Assembly (NCBI RefSeq): GCF_003945235.1
Contig: NZ_RSDW01000001.1
Span: forward strand, 570,001-602,000
Length of the DNA stretch: 32,000 bases
Reading direction: 5' to 3'
Source of the DNA: Edaphobacter aggregans
GTDB taxonomy: Bacteria; Acidobacteriota; Terriglobia; Terriglobales; Acidobacteriaceae
Made by a program: the position numbers and the translations under genes. The notes under the pieces were generated by a model that saw only the letters and a list, made by a program, of their open reading frames with translations, searched no databases and was not told the DNA's origin. The stretch's first letter is position 1. Every line of letters begins with the position of its first letter. Positions 9,794 to 19,418 of this stretch are shown here, one piece after another.

Positions 9794-11383
9794 TCATTCG
9801 ATACCTAACTTGCTCCAGATCGTATCAACTCTGGCCTTCACAGTTGCGTCCATCGTCAGCATCGGAGGCCACGGACGATTGAACCCCTCAGCCGGCCATT
9901 TTCTTGTCGCATCGATCCCCATCTTGCTGCCGTAGTTTGGCAACCGGCTCGCGTGATCCAGCGAATCGATCGGCCCCAGTGTGAACTGGATATCCCTCTC
10001 CGGGTCGATGTTGTTCGTCGTCCGTAACGTCACCTCGGCCAGATCCTGCACATCGCAGTCCTCATCCACCACGATGATGCATTTGGTAAACATCGCCTGT
10101 CCCATCGCCCAGATGCCGCTCATCACCTTGCGCGCCTGCCCGGCATAGGACTTCTTGATCGACACGATCATCAGGTTATGAAACACGCCCTCCGGCGGGA
10201 GATTCACATCCACGATCTCCGGCAGCGTCAACTGCATCAGAGGCAGAAAGATCCGCTCCACGGCCTTACCCATCCATGCATCCTCCATCGGAGGCTTACC
10301 CACGATGGTCGCGGCGTACACAGGATCGCGCCGATGCGTAATGCAGGTGACGTGGAAGACCGGATAGTCGTCCTGCATCGTATAGAAGCCCGTGTGATCG
10401 CCAAACGGTCCTTCGGTACGCAGCTCGCCCAACTCGACATATCCCTCGAGGATGTACTCCGCATTCGCCGGAACCTCGAGATCGACCGTCTCCGCCTTCA
10501 CCAGCTCAACCGGTTTCTGCCGCAGGAAGCCCGCGATCAGGTACTCCTCAACGTCAGGAGGCGCGGGCACAATAGCAGAAAAAGTCGTAGCCGGATCCGT
10601 CCCGATCGCCACAGCCACCTCCATGCGGTCGCCGCGAATCTTCGTAAGCGTCGCAGCGTTCAGTGTCTCCAGAGATGACGCAGCCGCCGTCCCCCCGCTC
10701 GTGATCGCCATCAGGTCGACGTTGCCCGCAGCGTCCGGAGTCGTCGCACGCAGCCGTTCCCGCATATGCTCCGCCGCCACCTTCTGCCGCTGCCAGTGCA
10801 TTCCTGTCGTCTGGCCGTCGTAGACCTGCATCCGATACATCCCCACGTTGCGCTTACCCGACTTCGGGTCTCGCGTCACAACGCACGGCAGCGTAATGAA
10901 GCACCCACCATCCTGCGGCCATGTCTTCAACACAGGAATATCCAGCAGATTCACGTCCGCTCCGCGCCGAATGACCTCCTTGCACGGCGCGTCTTTCGCG
11001 GCAATCACCTTCGGGAAGAAACTCCCCACCTCGGCCAGCATCGGAAGCATCTTCAGCTTGTCCATGAAGCTGGTCGGCATCTCCGGCTTCATCAGTGTGC
11101 GAATACGATCGGCAATACCATCCAGCGAATCCGTCTCGAGCGCCAGCTTCATGCGGCGTTCGCTGCCGAACTGATTCATCAATACCTTTGCGCCGGGATA
11201 CCCTTTGACGTTCTCGAACAACAGCGCCGGACCACCTGCGTTCGCACTTCCCTTACCCATCTTGGCCGCACGGTCGGCAATCTCGGCCATCTCAAGGATC
11301 GGGTCCACCTCCACTGTAATGCGCTTCAGTTCGCCAGCTTTGTGGAGTGCATTGATCCAGTCGCGTAAGTCGTTGTAAGCCAA
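9794..11383 (-). CDS. UbiD-family (prenylated-FMN dependent) decarboxylase
   Basis: Track ORF of 529 aa. N-terminus MAYNDLRDWINALHKAGELKRI is UbiD-typical. Internal blocks include GMYRMQV, GPFGDHTGFY and the RLPNYGSKMGIDAT tail. No ubiX is adjacent. Confidence 0.9.
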   Translation of the reverse strand: MAYNDLRDWINALHKAGELKRITVEVDPILEMAEIADRAAKMGKGSANAGGPALLFENVKGYPGAKVLMNQFGSERRMKLALETDSLDGIADRIRTLMKPEMPTSFMDKLKMLPMLAEVGSFFPKVIAAKDAPCKEVIRRGADVNLLDIPVLKTWPQDGGCFITLPCVVTRDPKSGKRNVGMYRMQVYDGQTTGMHWQRQKVAAEHMRERLRATTPDAAGNVDLMAITSGGTAAASSLETLNAATLTKIRGDRMEVAVAIGTDPATTFSAIVPAPPDVEEYLIAGFLRQKPVELVKAETVDLEVPANAEYILEGYVELGELRTEGPFGDHTGFYTMQDDYPVFHVTCITHRRDPVYAATIVGKPPMEDAWMGKAVERIFLPLMQLTLPEIVDVNLPPEGVFHNLMIVSIKKSYAGQARKVMSGIWAMGQAMFTKCIIVVDEDCDVQDLAEVTLRTTNNIDPERDIQFTLGPIDSLDHASRLPNYGSKMGIDATRKWPAEGFNRPWPPMLTMDATVKARVDTIWSKLGIE

Positions 11384-11480
11384 TTCCCTCTCCTGCCGCA
11401 GTCTGTCGCGGGACGAAAGTCTATGGTAACGGTTCGCAAGCCACTTCGATGAAACATCCTCACACCGAGGCGGGAGCCGG

Positions 11481-11568
11481 CCACGGATCAGCGCGGATTA
11501 AACACGGATAAAACAGAGTGCCACTACTTCATGTCGTTAGATCCGTTTTAATCCGCGTCAATCCGTGG
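11481..11568. repeat. Long imperfect palindrome (REP/MITE-like) built from phased CGGAT/ATCCG units
   Basis: Left arm 11481-11509 is CCACGGATCAGCGCGGATTAAACACGGAT. The reverse complement of right arm 11541-11568 is CCACGGATTGACGCGGATTAAAACGGAT. About 25 of 29 positions match, with a 31-nt loop. It starts 6 nt after the stop of the upstream gene. Confidence 0.65.
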
Positions 11569-11574
11569 TCGTCC

Positions 11575-12813
11575 TCAAATTTTCACGAAGATGCGCTTCC
11601 GCCACAAAATCCAGTTGGGAATAAAACACATCAGGACAAACCACAACCCGAACGCCAGTGACGTCAGGTCGGTCGAATTTCCTCGCGCGAAAAGGTTGTT
11701 GTAGATCCATCCCCAGGCTGTCACCGGCTTTCCGTTCGGCCCCAGAACCGATGAAATCCTGATAAACAGCAGCGTCTTCACCAGAACAACGGACACCGTG
11801 AAGGCAACAATAGCGTTCGAACCGAAGACCAGCCACGGCCACGTGAGCCAGCCCCCGACTCGCGTCTCATGCAACCGGCGAACGTCGATGAGCCAGTAGC
11901 AAGCCGCAAGCCCCACCAGCGAGCAACCCGCCGCAAACAGCACATAGGAGCTAGTCCAAAGATTCTTATTGATCGGGAACCAGACGTTCCACAGCAGCCC
12001 GGCAGCCATGTTCATCAGGCCCACCAGAAAAAGGGCCGTCGCACATTGAGCCTTGGTCGCCGGGAACGCAGCGCCATTGCCCTTCGTCGCCTCAACCCGC
12101 CGCAGCCACAATGCAGACACCGCTCCCAGCAGCGTCGTCGCAATCGCTGGGATCGTGCTCAGCAGCCCTTCAGGGTCGCGGGTCTTCTCGTACAGATACC
12201 CCGTATGAATCGTCCGCTGAATAAAGCCGATCACACTGCGGTCAAGCCATGCGGCAAGATTGCAATCAGGATCCAGCAGCGGAATATCGCGAACCGGAAT
12301 CCCACACCCCGGAACAGGCACAAACCGCATCAGCACCCAGTAACCGACCAGCAGAACGGCCACAATCGCAAGCAGATCACGCGCCCGTTGTGTAACCAGG
12401 CAGATCAATCCCGCGCACAGATAGCAAAGCGCAATGCGCGGAAGCACCCCATACAGCCGCAGATGCGTAAAGTGAAAGTACGGAACAATATTCAGCACCA
12501 TCGCCAGCACATAGATCGTGACCGACCGGCGCACGATATGCACTCCGAGGTCGCGGCGGCTGTCTCCACGCGCAACCCGCGAGTACAGCGAAAGAATGAT
12601 CGACGCCCCCACAATAAACAGAAAACTCGGAAACACCAGATCGGTCAGCGTCCATCCGTTCCACTTCGCATGATCCAGCTGCGCGTAGGTGTGGCCCCAA
12701 TCGCCAGGATCATTGACCAGAATCATGAACGCGATGGTGATACCCCGGAGGACATCAATCGAAAGAACGCGGCCTGAGGGTACAGAAGTGGTGGTTAGGG
12801 GCCTGTCGTGCAT
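11575..12813 (-). CDS. Polytopic membrane protein, heparan-alpha-glucosaminide N-acetyltransferase-like (DUF1624/DUF5009 family)
   Basis: Track ORF of 412 aa. RVLSIDVLRGITIAFMILVNDPGDWGHTYAQLDHAKWNGWTLTDLVFPSFLFIVG is the family N-terminal signature. About 10 hydrophobic helices. Confidence 0.75.
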   Translation of the reverse strand: MHDRPLTTTSVPSGRVLSIDVLRGITIAFMILVNDPGDWGHTYAQLDHAKWNGWTLTDLVFPSFLFIVGASIILSLYSRVARGDSRRDLGVHIVRRSVTIYVLAMVLNIVPYFHFTHLRLYGVLPRIALCYLCAGLICLVTQRARDLLAIVAVLLVGYWVLMRFVPVPGCGIPVRDIPLLDPDCNLAAWLDRSVIGFIQRTIHTGYLYEKTRDPEGLLSTIPAIATTLLGAVSALWLRRVEATKGNGAAFPATKAQCATALFLVGLMNMAAGLLWNVWFPINKNLWTSSYVLFAAGCSLVGLAACYWLIDVRRLHETRVGGWLTWPWLVFGSNAIVAFTVSVVLVKTLLFIRISSVLGPNGKPVTAWGWIYNNLFARGNSTDLTSLAFGLWFVLMCFIPNWILWRKRIFVKI

Positions 12814-12944
12814 GATGATCCATCATCTCCCAGCGAGCGGCTTTGTGAAACTCTTTTGCGGGAACAATCCAGCCGCTGAGGTGTCTAACTCAGTACGGAC
12901 GCATTCCTCGCAAATGCGCACCTGAGAACGAAAAGGGGTGCCTT

Positions 12945-13667
12945 ATGTTCGAGGACAGTCTTGTAGAGTCGCGTGTCGCCCATCTTGCCCCAGCCAAGCG
13001 CTGGACGGCCATAGCATCAATAGCCCTTCAGTCCTCCGTGGCTGCTTTGCTGGTAACGATCCCGTTACTACACCCAGAGCGGCTCACCCTCCGAATCGAC
13101 GCTCCACCGGTCCTCGTGCCTTTCCTCCCCAAGCCGCCCGTAAAAATCGAGCCAAAACAAATATCCACGGCTACATCGAGCACAAGCCCGGCCACGCCAT
13201 CGACCGCCCAAGCGGAAGCACACCCTGTGGTGTTTCCAACCAGCGATCCAGCCCCGGGCGACACCCCTCCTTCAACCTCTCCCATCAACTTCGGCATGAA
13301 CGCCATCCCAGACGCCCTCCGAACCGCAGGAGACGGACACGGCGCTCGCGTCTCCGAAGCTCCAGCTCGTCCTCCCGCTACACGCCTCCGTATCTCGGAT
13401 ATGTCGCCAGGTATGCTGATGACGCCTATCCGGCCCATCTACCCAGCTATCGCCAAAGCTGCGGGAGTCCAGGGAACGGTCGTCGTCGAAGCCGTCATCT
13501 CGCGCACCGGCACCATCGAGAGCCTACACGTCGTCAGCGGCCCGCCGATGCTCCGGGAGGCCGCAATGGAGGCCATCCGAAACGCCCGCTACCAACCCTA
13601 TAAGCTCAACAACGAGCCCATCGAAGTCGAGACCATGATCACAGTGAACTTCAAGATCAGCGGATGA
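12945..13667 (+). CDS. tonB: TonB-family energy transducer
   Basis: Track ORF of 240 aa. It has an N-terminal anchor, a Pro-rich spacer and a C-terminal TonB domain (GTVVVEAVISRTGTIESLHVVSGPPMLREAAMEAIRNARYQPY). No exbBD is nearby. Confidence 0.85.
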   Translation: MFEDSLVESRVAHLAPAKRWTAIASIALQSSVAALLVTIPLLHPERLTLRIDAPPVLVPFLPKPPVKIEPKQISTATSSTSPATPSTAQAEAHPVVFPTSDPAPGDTPPSTSPINFGMNAIPDALRTAGDGHGARVSEAPARPPATRLRISDMSPGMLMTPIRPIYPAIAKAAGVQGTVVVEAVISRTGTIESLHVVSGPPMLREAAMEAIRNARYQPYKLNNEPIEVETMITVNFKISG

Positions 13668-13679
13668 GAAGCTGCCGTC

Positions 13680-14759
13680 TTAAACCAGCGGCAGCGCCTG
13701 CGAACTGGACGGAGGAAGCGCGTTCTTTGCACCAGCGCCGTTCGGCGAGTCCGCAACGTAGTCCTCAAGCGGATACCCGGCCTCTTTCCACCCGTCGAAG
13801 CCTCCACGCAACGGTCGCACGCGGTAAACCCCGAGTTTATGAAGCTGCAGAGCCAGCTTCGCACTGGTCTCCTCGCTCGGGCAGGTGCAATACAACACCA
13901 CGTCACGGTCGCGAGGAATGATCTCGCTGTGCTCCTTCAACTCGTTCGGTCCGATACGTAGCGCACCCGGTAGAACCCGCGGATCCGGCATATAGTCCAG
14001 CGGATGACGCAGGTCGACGATAAAGGGAGGAATATTCCCCTGCGACTCCGCGTTATCCATCATGAATTTGAGCTCGTGCGGCTCCAGACGAAGCGAACGA
14101 ACCTGCTGCAGGAACTTCCGCTGCTTCCAGATGCGATGCGCCAGGAAGCCCATCACCATCAGGATGAAGATCGCAAAGGCGAAGCGCCCGAGCCAATGGA
14201 AGAAAGGAGCACTCCTCTGAGCAAGATCCCCGAAGAACCGCCCTGCCAGAAGGAAACTCTCAGCCCACAGAATCGACCCGGCAAGATCCCATATAAGGAA
14301 GCGCGGATACGGCATGCCGGTCTGCCCGGCGATAGGAGCAGCCACCGTACTGAGCCCGGGCACAAACTTCGCAAACAGCAGCGTCACCGGCCCCCGGCGA
14401 GTGAAATAGCCCTCCGTCTTGCTGACGCAGGTCGAAGCCTCAAACGAAAGCTTGCACAGCAGCTTCAAAACACTGTTGCCGTAACGCCGCCCCAGAGAAA
14501 ACCACATCGTATCGGCGATCATGCAAGCCGCCAGAACCGCGAAAAGAACATAAATATGGTGAATCCGATGCGTCGCCGTAAGTGTCCCGGCCGTCAGCAG
14601 CAACGGGATGCTCGGAATAGGCACACCAACCTGTTCCACCAGGACCCAGAGGAAGATGATCAGGTACGCGTAATGGATGAAGAAAACTAACGCGATTGGC
14701 ATGACGGTATATCCAAAGAGTCTTAACAGTAGCTCATGGGGACTGTCAATTGGATGCAA
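13680..14759 (-). CDS. DedA-family membrane protein fused to a C-terminal rhodanese domain
   Basis: Track ORF of 359 aa. DedA block VEQVGVPIPSIPLLLTAGTL. C-terminal rhodanese with active-site loop VLYCTCPSEETS, and GGFDGWKEAGYPLE. Confidence 0.8.
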   Translation of the reverse strand: MHPIDSPHELLLRLFGYTVMPIALVFFIHYAYLIIFLWVLVEQVGVPIPSIPLLLTAGTLTATHRIHHIYVLFAVLAACMIADTMWFSLGRRYGNSVLKLLCKLSFEASTCVSKTEGYFTRRGPVTLLFAKFVPGLSTVAAPIAGQTGMPYPRFLIWDLAGSILWAESFLLAGRFFGDLAQRSAPFFHWLGRFAFAIFILMVMGFLAHRIWKQRKFLQQVRSLRLEPHELKFMMDNAESQGNIPPFIVDLRHPLDYMPDPRVLPGALRIGPNELKEHSEIIPRDRDVVLYCTCPSEETSAKLALQLHKLGVYRVRPLRGGFDGWKEAGYPLEDYVADSPNGAGAKNALPPSSSQALPLV

Positions 14760-14814
14760 AACAGACCTTAAAGATACAGAGCCGCCGATGAGCCAGTCAG
14801 GCCAACTCTCCCCT

Positions 14815-14856
14815 CAACAACAAAAAGAAGAAGCCGCCCACAAAGGTGAGCGGCTT
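14815..14856 (-). terminator. Rho-independent terminator after the TolC-HlyD pair
   Basis: Minus-strand RNA reads AAGCCGC-UCACCUUUGUGG-GCGGCUU followed by CUUCUUUUUGUUGUUG. It lies 30 nt after the HlyD stop. Confidence 0.6.
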
Positions 14857-14886
14857 AGCGAAAAGTCTTTGCCTTGCGGACCCGAC

Positions 14887-16116
14887 TTATTTGACGGTAA
14901 CGTCCGGAGTAACCGAGAACCCGGGCCGAAGCGCCAGATCGCTATCCTCCTGCTCGAAATTTGTGAAGTCGACGCGCACCGGAATACGCTGTACAACCTT
15001 CACAAAGTTACCCGTAGCGTTCTCAGGGGGAAATAGTGAGAGCCGCGAACCGGTAGCTCCGCCGATCTGCGACACCTTGCCGTGGAACCTGCGGCCGCCC
15101 AGCGCATCCACCCGGATGACGACCGACTGCCCCGCACTCATTCTCTCCAGCTGTGTCTCCTTGAAGTTCGCCGTCACCCACAGGTTGGTCAGGGGAACGA
15201 TCGTCATCAGATCCTGCCCGACAGAGAGGTTCGCCCCTGCGTTCACATTCTTCCTGTTGATGATTCCGGCAGTCGGCGCCGTGACACGCGTGTACGAAAG
15301 GTTCAGCTTTGCCTGATCGACCTTGGCCTGCGCCTGTCTGACATCCGCCAGCGCTGCCTGTGCCCTCGCCTGCTGTGCCTTGACCTGCTGCGGCCCATTC
15401 TTTACCGACTCAACCGCCTGAGAACGCGACTGCGCAAGCTTCTGTTGATACTGGCGCACGGCCTCCTGCTGAGCGATCAGCGTCGACTCTGCCTCGAGCA
15501 CGGCCGCGCGATTCGCCGCAGCCTGCGCAACGGCAGCATCAAACTGCTGCTTGGAGATAACATCCTTCTCCACCAACGGCTTGTACCGATCCACATCCAG
15601 GTCCGATTTGATTGCATTGGCCTTCGCCTGGTCGATCCGCGCCTGGGCTGCCTGCACCTGCTTCTGCGCCTGAGCCACCGCCGCCTGCGAACCCTGCACG
15701 TCAGAACTCGTCGTGCTGATGCTTGTGCTCGACGTGATGCTCGTAATCGGCACAGTGACATTGGCCTGAATCGCAGCTGCCTCGGCGCTGGCCAGGTTCG
15801 CCTGCGCCTGCTCGAGCGCCACCTGATAATCCTTCGGGTCGATCTCAAGCAGCAGATCGCCGGCCTTCACCTGCTGATTGTCCTCGACGTAGACCTTGAT
15901 CACCTGTCCGGCGACGCGCGAGCTCACCTGATACAGAACCCCATCGACCTGCGCATCATCCGTGCTCTCGGTAAAGGTGGAGTGCCACCAGAAGAGACCT
16001 CCTCCAATCAACAGAACCACGATCACCGCAATAACAATCAGCTTGCGGCGGGACTTCTTCTCCGGTGATTCTTCTTCTGTAACAACGTCGTTATTCTGCA
16101 CCGCTGCGTCTGCCAA
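14887..16116 (-). CDS. HlyD/EmrA-type membrane fusion (periplasmic adaptor) protein
   Basis: Track ORF with the start moved to TTG 16116, one nt after the TolC stop, with GGAGGG upstream. The track start 16191 would overlap TolC by 74 nt. It has a TM anchor (LIVIAVIVVLLIGGGLFWW), a long Q/A-rich coiled coil and a beta-barrel tail. The start is uncertain (GTG a few codons later is also possible). Confidence 0.82.
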   Translation of the reverse strand: MADAAVQNNDVVTEEESPEKKSRRKLIVIAVIVVLLIGGGLFWWHSTFTESTDDAQVDGVLYQVSSRVAGQVIKVYVEDNQQVKAGDLLLEIDPKDYQVALEQAQANLASAEAAAIQANVTVPITSITSSTSISTTSSDVQGSQAAVAQAQKQVQAAQARIDQAKANAIKSDLDVDRYKPLVEKDVISKQQFDAAVAQAAANRAAVLEAESTLIAQQEAVRQYQQKLAQSRSQAVESVKNGPQQVKAQQARAQAALADVRQAQAKVDQAKLNLSYTRVTAPTAGIINRKNVNAGANLSVGQDLMTIVPLTNLWVTANFKETQLERMSAGQSVVIRVDALGGRRFHGKVSQIGGATGSRLSLFPPENATGNFVKVVQRIPVRVDFTNFEQEDSDLALRPGFSVTPDVTVK

Positions 16117-16117
16117 G

Positions 16118-17668
16118 TTACTTCCCTCCGAGATAGTCTTTGTAATTCGTCTGCGCGACACCAAGAGCACGGGCCAAGGCCAGCTTGGCAACGTTGTGCT
16201 GGTACAGTGCGCTAATGTATTGGTCGTTCGCCTGTTCGGTCTGCGACTGAGCCTGCGACACAGGCAGATTGTCCGAGACCCCGGCGTGGAAGCGCTGCTG
16301 CGCCTCGCTCAAAGCCTCATTCGCCAACTCGACATTCGAGTGCGTCGCCTCAACCAGCTTCGAAGCCGCCTGAATATCCAGCAGGCTGTTGCGAACATCC
16401 TGATTGATCTGCTGCGCCTGATCCGAAAGCTTCGCCCGCGCCTGCTCAAACTGCGCGCTGGCTACTTCTTCCTGTCCCTTCGTCTTGGCAATCTGCAGGA
16501 TCGGCATCGTAATCTGCCCCGTAGCGGTATAGCTGCTGTGGGAATGCCCCGGCGTAGTACCCAGTGCACCAAAATCACCCGTGAAGCTCGCCACCGGAAG
16601 CTGGTACGCCCACGCAGACCTACTCTCCGCGCTCGCCGCCAACACCTGCTCCTGCGAAGCCTGCAAATCCTTGCGAGTCTTCAGTGCACCTTCAAATGCC
16701 GTCTGCGGATCAACCTGATCGAACGCGGCATAGGGCACACGGTCGGTCAGTTGGAACTCCTGTGCCAGCGGCAACCCGATCGCCCGTGCCAACGCAAGCT
16801 TGGACTTCTCAAACTCGTTCTTCGCCGAAATCAGGTTCTGCTGAATGTTCTGATAATCAACCTGCGCCCGCAGCACGTCGAGCTTCGGGCTCGTACCTGC
16901 ATCATGAGCGGCCACGGCCTGATCCAGCGTCAATTTCGACGTCGCCAGCTCCGCGGTCACCGCTTCGATCCGGGCATTGTCGGCAATGGCAAGCAGATAG
17001 GCATTCCCAACCGTCAGCACCACAAGATCACGCGCATCGGCGGCAGTAAGCTTCGCCCCGGCAAAATTATGCTTCGCCGCAATATAGTTCTGCAGCGCCG
17101 ACACATTGAACAAGTTCTGCGTCAGATACCCGCGAAAGTCCACGACCTGAAACGGCCCGACGATCGGGTTCAGCCCCGGAAACTTCAGTCCATAAGCCGC
17201 AAGGTTCACCTGCTGCACGTTGATGCTGACCGCCCCGGTCGCCGTAGGCAGAAGCGCCTGCAACTGCTCCAGCCGCTGACCATTCGCGCTGCTCTGAGCC
17301 GAATCCTGCAGGATCAACCCAAGATTCGCCTTCAATCCTCGCTGAATCGCATCATCAAGCGACAGATCGAGCACCGTCCCAGTCGCAGTGCCCTGAACCA
17401 CACTGCCTTTGAACGAGTCCTGCGACGGCTGGGCCCCGTTCTCGCCCGCTGCCTCATAAAGATTCTGCTGCGCTCCAGCGATGGCAGAGCTCTGAGTCGG
17501 CGTACTCGGCCCCGTCGCTGTAGGCCGCGGCTGGTTCCCCGACGGCTGTGCCACCGACTGCGCGAGCGCCGGAAGTCCCGGCACAATCAGGCACAGTCCA
17601 AGCGTCATCTGCATCCGGGCACGGCTCACTGCTCTGTCTTTACTCATTGAGTTGTTCGTAACCTGCAT
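16118..17668 (-). CDS. TolC-family outer-membrane efflux protein
   Basis: Track ORF of 516 aa. Signal peptide (MQMTLGLCLIVPGLPALAQS). It shows the twofold internal repeat typical of OMF proteins (LSLDDAIQRGLKANLGL, DVLRAQVDYQNIQQNLISAKNEF, QYISALYQHNVAKLALARALG). The true start may be an internal Met. Confidence 0.85.
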   Translation of the reverse strand: MQVTNNSMSKDRAVSRARMQMTLGLCLIVPGLPALAQSVAQPSGNQPRPTATGPSTPTQSSAIAGAQQNLYEAAGENGAQPSQDSFKGSVVQGTATGTVLDLSLDDAIQRGLKANLGLILQDSAQSSANGQRLEQLQALLPTATGAVSINVQQVNLAAYGLKFPGLNPIVGPFQVVDFRGYLTQNLFNVSALQNYIAAKHNFAGAKLTAADARDLVVLTVGNAYLLAIADNARIEAVTAELATSKLTLDQAVAAHDAGTSPKLDVLRAQVDYQNIQQNLISAKNEFEKSKLALARAIGLPLAQEFQLTDRVPYAAFDQVDPQTAFEGALKTRKDLQASQEQVLAASAESRSAWAYQLPVASFTGDFGALGTTPGHSHSSYTATGQITMPILQIAKTKGQEEVASAQFEQARAKLSDQAQQINQDVRNSLLDIQAASKLVEATHSNVELANEALSEAQQRFHAGVSDNLPVSQAQSQTEQANDQYISALYQHNVAKLALARALGVAQTNYKDYLGGK

Positions 17669-17935
17669 ATTTTCAGTTTATTTCAGTTCATCGCCCGCAT
17701 ACCCGCTGCAAACCGGTGGCTGCGAAAAAACATCTGCGTATTCTTGAGATGCTCTAAGTTGTGCAGAATCTTCAAAAAACATTACAGAAGTGAAAATCTT
17801 TGCCGCCCAATGGGTAGACGCGAGCTATCGGTCCGCCCGACACAAATCATTGGACTTATCCCCTTTTAATATCCTCCCGGATTCCAGCCTCCGGATACAC
17901 TGCTCCAACGAACCATTGCAGTGGGAGAAAGCAGC

Positions 17936-19408
17936 ATGATTCTCGGCATCGATGTAGGCACCGGAGGCACACGAGCCGTCTTGATCGACCGTCAGGGCAG
18001 CATCCTCGCCTCCCATGCGAGCGAACACGCTCCCGTCCGCTCCGAGCACATCGGCTGGGCCGAGCAGGACCCCCAGGACTGGTGGCGTGCCACCCGCGAA
18101 GCCATCGCCGGGGTAATGGCGGCTAGCGAATCTGCCGGAGCCGAGATCGAAGCCGTCGGCCTCACCGGCCAGATGCACGGCTGTGTCATGCTCGACGCTG
18201 ACGGCGAAGTCCTCCGCTCCGCGCTCATCTGGGCCGACCAGCGCACCCAGCCCCAATGCGACTGGCTCACCGAAAAAATCGGCTTCGAGCGCCTCATCGA
18301 GCTCACCTGCAACCCCGCCCTGCCCAACTTCACCCTCACCAAGCTCCTCTGGGTACGCGACCACCAGCCCGAAATCTTCGCCCGCATCGCCCACGTCCTC
18401 TGCCCCAAGGACTACGTCCGCTACCGCCTCACCGGCGAGTTCGCTATGGACATGCAGGAGGCCAGCGGCACCCTCCTCCTCGACGTCACCAACCGCCGCT
18501 GGTCCCCCGAAGTCGCTGAAGCCGCCGGCATCCCCATGGAGTGGCTCCCCCGCCTCTTCGAAGGCCCCGAGATCTGCGCTCGCATCAGCACCGAAGGCGC
18601 CGCAGCCACCGGCCTCGCTCAAGGCACACCCGTAGCCGCCGGAGCGGGAGACCAGGGCGCCGGAGCCGTTGGCATGGGCATCCTCTCGCCCGGCTCCGTC
18701 TCGGCCACCATCGGCACCAGCGGAGTCGTCTTCGCCGCCACCGACGCCCCCACCAAAGACCGTCTCGGCCGCCTCCACACCTTCTGCCACGCCGCGCCCG
18801 GCCGCTGGCACGTCATGGGAGTCACCAACGGAGCCGGCCTCAGCCTCCGCTACTTCCGCGACACCTTCGCCCCCGAAATCGACTACCAGAAGCTCTCCCT
18901 CGAAGCCGCGACAGCTCCTCCCGGCTCCGATGGCCTCCTCTGGGTCCCCTACCTCTTCGGCGAGCGTACCCCTCACCTCGACCCCAACGCCCGCGCAGCC
19001 TTCATCGGCATCACCGCCTCGCACACCCGAGGCCACTTCATCCGCGCCGTCCTCGAAGGCGTGGCTCTCAGCCTGCGCGACACCTTCACCCTCTTCCACG
19101 AGCTCGGCGTCCCCATCAAAGCCATCCGACTCGGCGGAGGCGGAGCCCGCGGCCCACTCTGGCGTCAGATTCAGGCCGACGTCTACGGCCAGCCGGTCGA
19201 ACTCCTCGAAGCCGAAGAAGGCGGAGCCTTCGGAGCTGCTCTTCTAGCCGGAACCGGTATCGGAGTCTGGCCCACCGTCGACGCAGCCTGCGCCGCCACC
19301 ATCCGCGTAGCCCAGACCATCCCCCCGCAAAACGCCGAAGCCATGAACGCCGCCTACCACCAGTACCGCAAAATCTATCCAGCCCTCAGAACTATCGCAA
19401 AAGCCTGA
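17936..19408 (+). CDS. xylB: Xylulokinase (FGGY family)
   Basis: The track ORF is trimmed to ATG 17936 (MILGIDVGTGGTRAVLID), with GGGAGAAAGC upstream. It is colinear with E. coli XylB blocks (WAEQDPQDWW, GQMHG, LTKLLWVRDHQPEIF, PKDYVRYRLTGEFAMDMQEASGT). Confidence 0.9.
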   Translation: MILGIDVGTGGTRAVLIDRQGSILASHASEHAPVRSEHIGWAEQDPQDWWRATREAIAGVMAASESAGAEIEAVGLTGQMHGCVMLDADGEVLRSALIWADQRTQPQCDWLTEKIGFERLIELTCNPALPNFTLTKLLWVRDHQPEIFARIAHVLCPKDYVRYRLTGEFAMDMQEASGTLLLDVTNRRWSPEVAEAAGIPMEWLPRLFEGPEICARISTEGAAATGLAQGTPVAAGAGDQGAGAVGMGILSPGSVSATIGTSGVVFAATDAPTKDRLGRLHTFCHAAPGRWHVMGVTNGAGLSLRYFRDTFAPEIDYQKLSLEAATAPPGSDGLLWVPYLFGERTPHLDPNARAAFIGITASHTRGHFIRAVLEGVALSLRDTFTLFHELGVPIKAIRLGGGGARGPLWRQIQADVYGQPVELLEAEEGGAFGAALLAGTGIGVWPTVDAACAATIRVAQTIPPQNAEAMNAAYHQYRKIYPALRTIAKA

Positions 19409-19418
19409 CCGAGCGCAC

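Noticed and set aside
16117-16191. Track start of HlyD at 16191, overlapping TolC by 74 nt.
   Set aside because: A TTG start with a GGAGGG SD immediately after the TolC stop is a more plausible coupled start. This remains uncertain.
15962-17650. 562-aa plus-strand ORF. The 328-aa ORF at 15082-16068 is rejected likewise.
   Set aside because: They are antisense to the TolC and HlyD genes. The composition is extremely Arg/Leu-rich and low in complexity, with no domain signatures.
17669-17700. Tandem ATTTTCAGTT/TATTTCAGTT directly upstream of the TolC ORF as a regulator operator.
   Set aside because: There are only two short AT-rich copies, no adjacent regulator gene, and the true TolC start is uncertain. 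The evidence is insufficient.
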